64,000 nt of DNA from Macrostomum lignano (Eukaryota). A model generated the notes under the pieces. It worked only from the letters and a program-made list of their open reading frames with translations, did no database searches and was not told where the DNA came from. Position 1 is the first letter of the stretch; every line of letters begins with the position of its first letter. The stretch is from NCBI GenBank assembly GCA_002269645.1, contig NIVC01001101.1:186001-250000 (forward strand). Direction: 5' to 3'. This document shows positions 47,045 through 58,624 of the stretch, in pieces. Position numbers and translations under genes: made by a program.

Positions 47045-48250
47045 TTGTAATGCAAAACCTAATTTGAGAGCAGTTGATTTGATGATGCAAAACCTGATTT
47101 GAGAGCAGTTGATTTGATGATGCAAAACCTGATTTGAGAGCAGTTGATTTGATGATGCAAAACCTGCAGATTTGAGAGCAGTTGATTTGATGCAAAACCT
47201 GATTTGAGAGCAGTTGATTTGATGATGCAAAACCTGCAGATTTGAGAGCAGTTGATTTGATGATGCAAAACCTGATTTGAGAGCAGTTGATTTGATGATG
47301 CAAAACCTGATTTGAGAGCAGTTGATTTGATGATGCAAAACCTGCAGATTTGAGAGCAGTTGATTTGATGCAAAACCTGATTTGAGAGCAGTTGATTTGA
47401 TGATGCAAAACCTGATTTGAGAGCAGTTGATTTGATGATGCAAAATCTGCAGATTTGAGAGCAGTTGATTTGATGCAAAACCTGCAGATTTGAGAGCAGT
47501 TAATTTGATGCAAAACCTGCAGATTTGAGAGCAGTTGATTTGATGATGCAAAATCTGCAGATTTGAGAGCAGTTGATTTGATGATTCAAAATCTGCAGAT
47601 TTGAGAGCAGTTGATTTGATGATGCAAAATCTGCAGATTTGAGAGCAGTTGATTTGATGATGCAAAATCTGCAGATTTGAGAGCAGTTGATTTGATGATG
47701 CAAAATCTGCAGATTTGAGAGCAGTTGATTTGATGCTGCGAAATCTGCAGATTTGAGAGCAGTTGATTTGATGATTCAAAATCTGCAGATTTGAGAGCAG
47801 TTGATTTGATGATGCAAAATCTGCAGATTTGAGAGCAGTTGATTTGATGATTCAAAATCTGCAGATTTGAGAGCAGTTGATTTGATGATGCAAAATCTGC
47901 AGATTTGAGAGCAGTTGATTTGATGATGCAAAATCTGCAGATTTGAGAGCAGTTGATTTGATGATGCAAAATCTGCAGATTTGAGAGCAGTTGATTTGAT
48001 GCTGCGAAATCTGCAGATTTGAGAGCAGTTGATTTGATGATTCAAAATCTGCAGATTTGAGAGCAGTTGATTTGATGATGCAAAATCTGCAGATTTGAGA
48101 GCAGTTGATTTGATGCAAAATCTGCAGATTTGAGAGTAGTTGATTTGATGCAAAATCTGCAGATTTGAGAGCAGTTGATTTGATGCAAAACACGCAGATT
48201 TGAGAGCAGTTGATTGAATGTAAAACCTGCAGATTTGAGAGCAGTTGATC
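47045..48250. repeat. ~30-38-bp minisatellite (gcagatttgagagcagttgatttgatgatgcaaaatct) filling the intron
   Basis: Directly visible. Confidence 0.95.
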
Positions 48251-48270
48251 CATTAATCAAAGCGTCTCAC

Positions 48271-48516
48271 CATTTGACTAGAATTGGCCAAGCTCAAAGC
48301 CAACCTCGCCAGTTTCTCTCGCTGCTCCAGTCGTTCTCTGGTGCGCTGCCTGCTTCGCCAAAACATATAGGAAACGGCGCCCATGGAGACGCAGGTGAAC
48401 AGGTAGCCAAAGAGTTTGACGGGCCGGCTCAGGAGCGGCTGGGACAGGCCGCCCCGCGACTGAGCAGAGGCTGATCGCTTCTGGGCACGCTGTGGGGGGA
48501 GAATTCGGTTTGATGC
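48271..48516 (-). CDS. COA1/TIM21-like paralog, upstream exon (presequence-like stretch + TM helix)
   Basis: accag|ASNRILPPQRAQKRSAS...LFGYLFTCVSMGAVSYMFW...LANSSQM|gtgag; 82 codons. Confidence 0.6.
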
Positions 48517-48534
48517 CTGGTTGGCACTGGGAGA

Positions 48535-49030
48535 TCTGTAAGGCTGGCCTAGCAACTGAGGATCTGGGAGGCTGGCCCAGCAACTGAGGATCTGGGAGGC
48601 TGATGGCCCAGCAACTGAGGATCTGGGAGGCTGGCCTAGCAACTGAGGATCTGGGAGGCTGGCCCAGCAACTGAGGATCTGGGAGGCTGGCCCAGCAACC
48701 GAGGATCTGGGAGGCTGGCCCAGCAACTGAGGATCTGGGAGGCTGGCCCAGCAACTGATGATCTGGGAGGCTGGTGGCCCAGCAACTGAGGATCTGGGAG
48801 GCTGGTGGCCCAGCAACTGAGGATCTGGGAGGCTGGACCAGCAACTCAGGTTCTGGGAGGCTGGACCAGCAACTGAGGATCTGGGAGGCTGGCCAAGCAA
48901 CTCAGGTTCTGGGAGGCTGGCCCAGCAACTCAGGATCTGGGAGGCTGGACCAGCAACTCAGGATCTGGGAGGCTGGACCAGCAACTCAGGATCTGGGAGG
49001 ATAGCGGTGGCTCAGCAACTGAGGGTCTGA
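48535..49030. repeat. ~28-bp minisatellite (gcccagcaactgaggatctgggaggctg)n
   Basis: Directly visible; same family as 52760-53370. Confidence 0.95.
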
Positions 49031-49353
49031 GAGGGCGACGATGGCTTTGCAATTCAAAAAACAATAACCATTTGTAAAAAATTACTGCAAATACATCCAT
49101 ATGCTAAAGTAAGAGAAATGCATTTTATTAAATCTTGTTATAAAGCACAAAATGATGCAGTCACAATAAGCAAACACACAATCGCAACAGTGTTCTAAAA
49201 CCACAAAGAAAAAACAATAAGCTAAGATGTCGTGTGTTAATACTCGTAGATTTATGCTTCGTTTGATAATCGACTATTAGGTAAACAGCCGGAGTAACTA
49301 TCCGTTAAGTGACTCGTCAGCTAACTAGTGCTTTAGATTAAGATAATGCGCTA

Positions 49354-49815
49354 CTAATCAACTTTAACTTCATCGCTACCGCCTCTATCATAGAAAGTCC
49401 ATCGGCAATTTCCACCCTGCAGTTTAGGCAAAGCCAGATCGAGTCTCTCAATTTGCCAAACAGTCTCGTCCGAGTCATCCGGCTCCAGCATGTCAATCTT
49501 CTTTGCCCAGATGTACAAATAGCCGGAGCTGTGAAACCCATGAACAGGCAGTTTCAGCTTTCTCAGAGCAGATTTCGGTGTCCAAGAATTGAAGCGCTCT
49601 TTATCGCCAAAGAATACAACTCTGCCGGGAGTGACCGGACGGCCGAGGCACTTCTCAACGTGAGGATAGTCGTTAATCAGTTCTAACGCTAATTTTGTGT
49701 AGCCAGCCGTGTGGACTTTGTGCTGCATGTACTTGGTGCCGCTGTACACAACACCGACCATGCCGATTGAGAACACTGCACAGCCGCCTAGGAGACGGGC
49801 TGCTTGCATCTGCAT
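49354..49815 (-). CDS. COA1: Cytochrome c oxidase assembly factor 1-like, 153 aa
   Basis: N-terminal TM, then YTKLALELINDYPHVEKCLGRPVTPG...LKLPVHG...SGYLYIWA...WQIERLDL, which is the Coa1 family pattern. Confidence 0.75.
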   Translation of the reverse strand: MQMQAARLLGGCAVFSIGMVGVVYSGTKYMQHKVHTAGYTKLALELINDYPHVEKCLGRPVTPGRVVFFGDKERFNSWTPKSALRKLKLPVHGFHSSGYLYIWAKKIDMLEPDDSDETVWQIERLDLALPKLQGGNCRWTFYDRGGSDEVKVD

Positions 49816-49899
49816 CACTCTGCTTTGGTGAGTAGATAAGACTGTAATATGCTCTGAAATGCGGCACATTGATCAGCAAGTATGAAGCATCATTGCCGA

Positions 49900-50320
49900 G
49901 CATAGGGGGAGAGATGGAGAGAGTAAATATGGGACAGTAGATATGGAAGAGTAGATACAGAGAGAGTAGATATGGGACAGCAGACAGGGGAGAGTAGATA
50001 CAGAGAGAGTAGATGCAGACAGGGGAGAGTAGATGAGAGAGAGAGAGAGAGAGTAGATATGGGACAGCAGACAGGGGTGAGTAGATGAGAGAGAGAGAGT
50101 AGATATGGGACAGCAGACAGGGGAGAGTAGATGAGAGAGAGTAGATAGAGGAAAATAGATGAGGATAGAGAATAGATGACAAATAGCAGATAGGTGTAAG
50201 TAGATAAGGGAGAGTTGATAGGGAAGAGTAGATAGGGGACAGTGGATAGGGGACAGTAGATGACAAAGTAGATATGGGAGAGTAGATATGGAAGAGTAGA
50301 TGACAGAGTAGAGTAGACAG

Positions 50321-50361
<41 letters not shown>

Positions 50362-50420
50362 AGGTAGGGGAAGTTTGAAGAGTGGATTGATACGATAGAG
50401 TAGATAGGGAAGGGTAGATA
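49900..50420. repeat. GA-rich degenerate repeat / (GA)n
   Basis: Directly visible. Confidence 0.85.
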
Positions 50421-51089
50421 AGATGAGTAGTCAGTGTTAAAAAAAGACAAGATAAAGTACAATAGAGACAAGACAGAAAGGGTAGATAGAGGATTAGAGT
50501 AGAGATTAGATAAACAATAAGCAGATAGAGAGTAAGAGTAAGTAGTAAGTACTTCTAAAATAGTGAAATAATTAAGAAATAAAACAGACGACAAATTCAT
50601 AACAAAATCAAGTGGCGCATGCAGTTACATCATCAAGAATGTATTTTTTTCATTTCTAACAATAAAAAAAATTTGCAGAGCATCTGAATATGAAAACAAT
50701 CAAAGTTGAGGTCAACTCACTCTAGCGTGAAATATTGCAAAGCAATGGTTGAAATAAGTTATTCAAAATACTATATGTTATTATTTAAAGCTTCATTATA
50801 CATGGTGCTTATGAGAGTAGCGAAGTTGACATTAGGAATCATAATTTACTATTCCACACCTGAAGATTATGCAAAAAAATAATTCAGATAATTAAATTAC
50901 TGTTATTGCACAATATTAGCGCTAAAAATCTTACATTAGACTGCCCATTGAGATTAGTGTGAAAAGTTCGGCGTTTTTATACCGATATGTCGCGTAAAAA
51001 CTCTTTATAAAGTATGAAAATGAATTACTAAGTTTTTGGTAAAACACAATTGGATATTAATTGAGTTATTAAGTAACTTAATGATTTAT

Positions 51090-51725
51090 CACTCAGATTA
51101 GCGAGGAATTCCTTACTCAGATTTGCAGGGAATTTCTTACTCAGATTATCGAGGAATATCTCATTCAGATTATCGGGGAATTTCTCACCTAGATTAGCGA
51201 GGAATTCCTTACTTAGATTATCAGGGAATTTCTGGCCTAGATTAGCGGGGAATTTCTCACCTAGATTAGCGAGGAATTCCTTACTTAGATTATCAGGGAA
51301 TTTCTAGCCTAGATTAGCGGGGAATTTCTCACTTAGATTATCGGGGAATTTCTCACCTAGATTAGCGAGGAATTCCTCACTTAGATTATCGGGTAATTTC
51401 GCACCTAGATAATCAGGGACAGACAGGGAGTTCCTCACTTAGATATTAGGGAATTCCTCACTTAGATTATCGGGGAATTTCTCACTCAGATTATCAGGAA
51501 ATTCCTCACTTAGATTATCAGGGAATTTCTCACTCAGATTATCAGGAAATTCCTCACTTAGATTATCGGGGAATTTCTCACTCAGATTATCAGGAAATTC
51601 CTCACTTAGATTATCAGGGAATTTCTCACTCAGATTATCAGGAAATTCCTCACTTAGATTATCGGGGAATTTCTCACTTAGATTATCGGGATAATTTTCA
51701 GTTAGTTTATCAGGGAATTTCTCAA
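51090..51725. repeat. ~24-bp minisatellite (agattatcggggaatttctcactt-like)
   Basis: Directly visible. Confidence 0.9.
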
Positions 51726-51740
51726 ATCTCTAAAAAAGCA

Positions 51741-52697
51741 TCAGTTGGAAGGCAGCGCCAGAAGTCCAGTAGATCGCAGTCCTTCAACACCGCCCTGCAG
51801 CAGACAGACTCTTGTGACGCCCCTCATCACCAGGTGGTTAGCAACGGAAATTGCCTCCTCTTCTAGCCGATAAATCAACACTTTAACATTGGCTTGTACA
51901 ACAGGATCAGACAGTCGGGCGAGATCGCACTGGTTAGACAGAACCGTCTCAGCAGGCAGGTGGATGGAGTTGGGCAGGCAGCCTCTGCCGTACTCACCAG
52001 CTGGCCGGATGTCGATAATGCTGAGTCTGGACCGAGCAATGCAGGACACCTTGGCATCCAGGTGACCTGCGATAGTGAGGAACTCTTCCTGACTAATCCT
52101 GGGAGCCCGGCACCTCTGCAGAGCCTCAATGTCCAGCGTATCAATGGGGAACTGCTGGCCGCACAGCTCCAAGTCCGAGCCGTCGAACTTCCGGTAGGAG
52201 CAGCTGTGCGGAGTGTCCCGGTACATCCGGGTAGCATCCGACAGGCACAGCTCCAAGTTGACATTGGCCACCTGCGGCAGGATGTCGTGTACAGCCTCAT
52301 TAAAATCGTGCTCCATCAGGCCTAACCGGCGCTTCAATTGCAACAGGATGGCCAAGCCGACGAACAGAGGAAAGCTGCTGTTGCCTAGCAACAGGGCATC
52401 CCAGATGTGCACCACGCTGGGCAGGGAGAAATGATGAGCGAACATAGTTAGGAACCATGGGAACGCGTAGTGATCAGGGAACAGGCCGATCTGTTCCAGG
52501 TAAACAGCCAGGGTGGGGCAGTGAAACGCCAGCAGCTGTTGAAAGACAGCAAAGTACTCCTGCGTCACCTCTTTGTTGTTGTCGTTGGCAAAGAAGTTGG
52601 CCTGGTACTTGTCGATGAACCGTTCGAGACAGGCCAAGGCCAGCGGCTCGTCTGAGAAGTTCAGGTGAAGGAAGACAGCCGCCACGGAGTCCACACC
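51741..52697 (-). CDS. TBCK: TBC1 domain-containing kinase, exon 3 (TBC C-terminus + rhodanese-like)
   Basis: ttag|GVDSVAAVFL...YAFPWFLTMFAH...IIDIRPAGEYGRGCLPNSIH...VCLLQGG. Confidence 0.9.
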   Translation of the reverse strand, partial: GVDSVAAVFLHLNFSDEPLALACLERFIDKYQANFFANDNNKEVTQEYFAVFQQLLAFHCPTLAVYLEQIGLFPDHYAFPWFLTMFAHHFSLPSVVHIWDALLLGNSSFPLFVGLAILLQLKRRLGLMEHDFNEAVHDILPQVANVNLELCLSDATRMYRDTPHSCSYRKFDGSDLELCGQQFPIDTLDIEALQRCRAPRISQEEFLTIAGHLDAKVSCIARSRLSIIDIRPAGEYGRGCLPNSIHLPAETVLSNQCDLARLSDPVVQANVKVLIYRLEEEAISVANHLVMRGVTRVCLLQGGVEGLRSTGLLALPSN

Positions 52698-52759
52698 CTA
52701 AGGCATGAGTTATCAGGTGCGATCGTTTGCTTAAAATGGGATTTGCTGATTTTAATGGG

Positions 52760-53370
52760 GATCTGGAAGGCTGGCCCAGCAACTGAGGATCTGGGAGGCT
52801 GGCCCAGCAACTGAGGATCTGGGAGGCTGGTGGCCCAGCAACTGAGGATCTGGGAGGCTGGCCCAGCAACTGAGGATCTGGGAGGCTGGTGGCCCAGCAA
52901 CTGAGGATCTGGGAGGCTGGCCCAGCAACTGAGGATCTGGGAGGCTGGTGGCCCAGCAACTGAGGATCTGGGAGGCTGGCCCAGCAACTGAGGATCTGGG
53001 AGGCTGGCTCAGCAACTGAGGATCTTGGAGGCTGGTGGCCCAGCAAATGAGGATCTGGGAGGCTGATGGCCCAGCAACTGAGGATCTTGGAGGCTGGTGG
53101 CCCAGCAAATGAGGATCTGGGAGGCTGATGGCCCAGCAACTGAGGATCTGGGAGGCTGATGGCCCAGCAACTGAGGATCTGGGAGGCTGGCCCAGCAACT
53201 GAGGATCTGGGAGGCTGATGGCCCAGCAACTGAGGATCTGGGAGGCTGATGGCCCAGCAACTGAGGATCTGGGAGGCTGGCCCAGAAAATCAGGATCTGG
53301 GAGGCTGGAACAGCAACTCAGGATCTGGGAGGCGGGCCCAGAAACTGAGGATCTGAGAGGCTGACCCAGA
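52760..53370. repeat. ~28-31-bp minisatellite in TBCK intron 2
   Basis: Directly visible. Confidence 0.95.
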
Positions 53371-53383
53371 AACAGCAAAATAC

Positions 53384-55048
53384 CTGATAATATGCGCACG
53401 AAGGCCTCCGCAGCACCCAGGCCTTGATCAGCTTGCGCAGTTTGGCGTGCCCGTGCGGCGAGGCCATCAGCGGGTTGTACTGGTGACACCTGGGAATGTC
53501 GCTAGCCAGCTGCTTATCGCTAATCCGTCGACTCTCCCTAGGCGTGACGGTGTCCAGAGCGCCGTATCGAGACCGGACATCGCCGGACACGCCCAGCAGG
53601 TGAGCCCAGGTCAGAGCTCGGTACAGAGGAGGGATGTCCTTGGCGGACTCAGCCAGGAGCAGCGGTCTGGCATAGGGGCAGCACAGCAGCAGCTGGTGGA
53701 ACAGAACGCACCGCTCGATCTGGTAGGCCACGTCGCGCTCTTTCACAGCTTTCGGCTGCGAGGACGTGTCCGCGTAGGCCCCGTGCCGGCCGGGAGCTGA
53801 CGAGGTGGCAGCGGTGGCGGCAGCGGATGTAGCGCTGACAGACTCCGGCTGCCGAGGCACAGGGAAGAACACCAGAGGATTCAGCTTTCGTACCCGATCG
53901 CGAAGCTCTCGATCGTTCAATGCCACGACGAATTCGTGCAGCAGGTGCGGCTTCGGCTGCTCCAGGTAGAGGATGAGGCCGGCGCTGCCGCCTAGGTAGC
54001 AGGGCAGCTGGGTGATGGGGCGGTGGCGCTGGACCAGGCCGGCCTGACGAATCGGCTGCACAGGATCGCCTCCGGCCAGCGTCCACCAGTGGTAGAACTC
54101 TTCAACAGAGCGGAGGCTGGCCAGCTCCCCGCGCGTGATCAGCCGCTTCTCCGACGGGCCAATATCAACATCATCGTCAGCATCCAGCTGCTTTCCGAGA
54201 GCTGCTGCATCTCCGTTCGAGACAGACGATTTCTCCGGACGAAACTGTCCGAATCTTCGTCTGCAACGAATATCAACTCGAGGCTGAAAGCCGCCGAGCT
54301 CTGAGGAACTTCGCGATCGGAGCTGCTCCAGCTTAGCGGCCAGGGGGGCTTCGAACTTGGCCGAGACCAGGTCGGACACGAACGGTCTGTGACTCGGCCA
54401 GCCAGACAGACAAGACCGAATCATGTCAAGAGTGCCGCCCAGGCCAATGCCCAGCTCCTGGTCAACAGCCGCCCAGTCGAAAGATTTAAAAGCGTTGGTA
54501 AAGTCGCTATCCACTGCCAGCAGGGAGTCTAACAAGCAGTCGCCAGTACATCCGCATCGGATCAGCATAGCAACCGTTGCTAAGGCCTCATCAGAGTCTG
54601 GCAACGCAGCCGGCAAAGGCGGCACTCCAACCAGCAGGTGCAGAGCCAGTAGTCCCAAGCCGAAGCTGTCCATTCTGGAGTCCACATTTGAGCAGTCCAG
54701 CCGGGGACACTCGGGATTCGGTTTCTGACGAGTTGACTTCGAGTTCTGCGTCGATTTGGCCTCGTCAGCGGTGGCGAAGTTGGCGAAGGCGACAGCGGAG
54801 TCAAGCAGAACCTCGGGCGCAGCGCAGTCCAGACGGTGGACAGGAAAGTCGACCTCCTCGCCGCAGCCAGTTAAATAGTACATCGCGTAATTAAACAGTT
54901 TGGCTCGGTAGGCATTCTCAGAAATCGTATCGGACGCTTCTTCCGAATCCGTGAGCATTTCTAAGAAAATGCAAGACGCCGAGATGCGAGCGCAGACAAT
55001 GGAGCGACTGTGGAGATAAGCAACACTGTCCGCCACCTCGCAGAGAAT
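53384..55048 (-). CDS. TBCK: TBCK exon 2 (pseudokinase C-lobe + TBC N-terminus)
   Basis: ttcag|ILCEVADSVAYLH...DIPPLYRALTWAHLLGV...QLASDIPRCHQYNPLMAS...YYQ|gt; 555 codons. Confidence 0.92.
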
Positions 55049-55372
55049 CTGAAGTTAAATAGGGGAGTTTTTAAGGGAACTCGGCTAACCCGTTTTAGAG
55101 GAGTTTCTTATTCGGGAGATTCTTAAAGACTTCTTGAGGATTTTTCAGTTAAGGAATTTTCAATATGTCTCTGATTTTGGTCAATTGGGAAAGTTTTGAG
55201 TTTTGGATTTTTTTCAGATTTATGATTTTATGGGCTTTTTTTCTAATTATTGATCTGTGGGATTTTGGTGCATTTTGAGGACTTCTGAGTCTTGGGAGTT
55301 TTTAGTTTATTTATGATTTCGGGGACTACTAGTAATTTCAGGAGCTACTAACTAATTTAAAGGCATACAAAC

Positions 55373-55642
55373 CTGAACTCTTTGAGCCAAAGTCAGCTCG
55401 GCCAGACAGTCAAGCAGCGACCTCTTAGTGAGCTCGGACACCACAATCAACTGCTCATCTTTGCACCTGACAATATCCAGATAGCGGCAGAGACCCGGAT
55501 GCTGCAGGCCATCTTTGATGGCGTGAAATCGGCCAACAATTTTCACCGAGTTCGGCGTCAAAGGCAGGCCGTCGCTGCCGCACTCGTCACCCTGGTGGGA
55601 TCGGGAGTAGAAAGTGAAGGCGCCCAACCGGTGCGTTCGCAT
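55373..55642 (-). CDS. TBCK: TBCK exon 1; the full model gives ~963 aa
   Basis: MRTHRLGAFTF...CGSDGLPLTPNSVKIVGRF...HPGLCRYLDI is the conserved TBCK N-terminus; donor CAG|gtttg. Confidence 0.9.
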
Positions 55643-55856
55643 TATTTGCAGCCCTGAGCCTGCAGATAATTTGTTACCCAAATTCAAGCAGGTTTCCAAG
55701 GCCAGGGGTTTCGATGGTAAAACATTGCATTTATAATACATAAATTACATAATTTTTTATAATTCAATGAGCATTTCAACTAAAACTAAGGAAAAAGAAA
55801 TTCTTACATTTCATTTTAAACTTTAATGATCCGTATGTAACTTTTCAGTCATACAT

Positions 55857-56012
55857 GCGCAACTTTGGGAATCACCCGGCCGCCTCTATTGGCAACACGC
55901 ACATGCAAGTCGCTATTGGCTGATACCAGTCACGTGACTACTTTTCCGTCCAATAGCGACTTACATGTGCGTGCTGCCAATAGAAACGGCCGAGCGAATC
56001 CCAAGGTTGCGC
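55857..56012. promoter_or_regulatory. 63-bp imperfect inverted repeat enclosing AGTCACGTGACT, upstream of TBCK
   Basis: Arms 55857-55919 and 55950-56012 have ~8 mismatches. The palindromic E-box is at 55928-55939. Regulatory function is inferred only. Confidence 0.45.
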
Positions 56013-57084
56013 CCAAGCATGTTTTCAGTTACTGAATTTTTTCCTTTACTTTTGCAATAGAACAAAATTGAAAAAAAATGTTTGTAAATCAACTGACTAC
56101 ATGCATTGGTATTAAATTAAAAATCAAAAGGTTTTGTATTGTTACAAATATAGGTAATATTTTGTGTATAGGAATATTTTAAGCTTTTGAAAGTTTTTCT
56201 AAACTTATGTTTATATTAACAATTTGAAATTCTAATTTGGCTCTAAATAATGTACAAATAATCTTCAATTTATATTTTAAATACTCTAGGTATGAATTTT
56301 TAATGCTAGTTTTATTTGATCAGATTATGATTTTAATTGGCACACATTAATTTTAAGTCTTTAGACTTTAAATGCCTACTTCACAAACAGTCATATATGC
56401 TTGCATACATATTTTTGTAGACCATTATATATTACTTTTTATCAGTTTTTGCTTTATACCACTGAATGCCAAAATTTTCTGCCTTGTTGAAGTATGCTAG
56501 AATTTTATACCATATTAGTAAATGAAGTTAAGGTATTCATATCTTAGAAAACTACTGTTCTAAGTCTAAAAAATACTATTATAATGAAATTTTTGTGAAT
56601 TAGATATTTACACATCAACTTTTTAACATTACAAAACTCAAACTATTATTGACATAATCTTACTTGCTTTTTAAAGTACAAATCTCTTAGTAGATTGGTT
56701 AGGAATATATATACATGCATAACTGTTGGCTGACCTGGCCAATCCAGGTGGACCATAATTTAAAACACCATTGTGGTAGTGTTTTTATATCTGATATAAC
56801 AGCAATTAGCAAGACATTAAGTCTTTTATGGCAATTAAACAAAAAATATGGAACATACATGCATCCACCCATATACTAAAAATGAAAATTATACACTCTT
56901 CATTGCCCACTTTATAAAATATTAAATGTTGCTTGAGTGGATTCTTATTTAAATTTTACTGATTTTACTAATATTATTATAAAATTAAACAGATATCCCT
57001 CTCAGTTTTATCTTACGAGTATATTAAAATCACCTTCATATAAATACAATCTCTTCATTTAAATGATTACACAACAGAAATGAA

Positions 57085-58395
57085 TATGAGAGATATTTGA
57101 AAAGTTTCCAGACTACATGAAAAAACTGGTTCAAGTCTGCACACAATGTATTTAACTAAAATATATATGTCCCAAGCTTACTCATCAAATATAAAGGCTC
57201 CACTTTCAACCCTGCCACTTAGAATTTTATTTTAGTCCCCTCATTATCAAACCTATCTGCAATGGAACTGTTGTGCACTTATTGAAAATGGATGATTTAC
57301 TGATTTACAACTACAAAAGTGGTCTGATATAGTCAAAGAGCTTGAGATGGCTTTACCAGGCCTTTGGCAACACTGCACCTTCTAGAACAAATGTTTTTGA
57401 CTGGTTTGCCAAATTTTGTAAGGTTTGGCTGTGGCTTGAAGATGAAGCTCAAGAGGGACAACCTCCAAGCTTGACAACTGATAAAAACATTGCTGCAGTG
57501 CAAGCACTGATTGAAAAAGATCCACAAATGACAGTTTAGCAATTAGCCACAGCTATTAGCATTTCATTGGGAAGCATTCTGCAGGCTTAGGCTTAGGCTA
57601 AGCAGGGTATCCACCTGTTAGGTACACTACCACCTAACCTAGGAGCAAAAGCAGGCCCAGGTCAGTTGGTGCCAAGACATGCTAAACAGATTTAACAGTG
57701 GGAGATCAATGAGCACCTGGAAGATTGTCACTGGTGATGATACCTAGGTATACAATTTTGACCCCAAAAGCAAGTAGCAGTCAACTCAATGGACCCTAGT
57801 TGGCAGCCCATTGCCTTTAAAGTTGGTGTGGTCCCAAAGCATTGCCAAGCAGATAGTTGCTGCTTTTGTGGCTCATAGTGGTCCTGTGACCTTGATCTCA
57901 CTGGTAAAATAGCAAATAGTGACTGCCAGATAGTATGTTAGTATGTTACTGAATGCTACAGTCTATCAACAAGAAGCATCCAAGGACTTGAACTAGGACA
58001 ATGCCCTAGCCCACATTACACAACAAACAATCAAGTTTATAGAGCAGAACTGCATCTAGCTGCTTCAACATCTACCCTACAGTCTAGACCTGGCCCTATG
58101 CAATATCTTTGTATTCCCTTGGGTCAAGTGCCTGCTCAAAGGAGTTTGGTTTGAGTTGCTGGAATTGGCTGTCAAGGCCTTTTATAGTCACCTGTATAAT
58201 ATATTTTAGTCCAAATGGAGTGGCTGTTTTTCTACTTGGTTTGAGAGGATGAGGAAGTGCATTGAAGCTGCTGTACTGGGGAGTACTTTGAAAAGACCTA
58301 ATAATATTAATTTTTTATTTGCCATTTTTTATTTTAGAAGCTATAGATATACTAGATATTTTTTATATCTAAAAACTCATTGAATATCCCTCATA
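57085..58395 (+). mobile_element. Full-length (~1.31 kb) heavily mutated mariner element
   Basis: TIR-like tatgagagatatttgaaaagtt / aaaactcattgaatatccctcata. Remnants include FDWFAKF...EDEAQEGQPP...IVTGDDT*VY...DNALAH...YSLDLAL (YSPDLAP)...YFEK. Confidence 0.85.
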
Positions 58396-58624
58396 TATCT
58401 AGATATTCTAGGCTTTGTTTGTAGCCACTTGTTATATTGCATAGTACTATATAGCTATACTCCACTTATATTTGATGACAATTAATCATTTTGAAAGTGA
58501 ATGTGTCTAATTTTTATTTCTTTTGAAACACCATTTGTATTTTGCAATATTTTATATTTTTATATTTTTTAGTTTTTTATAATTTTATATTTGCAATGTT
58601 TTTATAATAAAAACAAGTTCTAAG

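Noticed and set aside
47037-49004. HQINCSQI- and PPRSSVAG-repeat ORFs (also 52474-53489)
   Set aside because: They are minisatellite translations. The true exon boundaries are defined by GT/AG sites outside the arrays.
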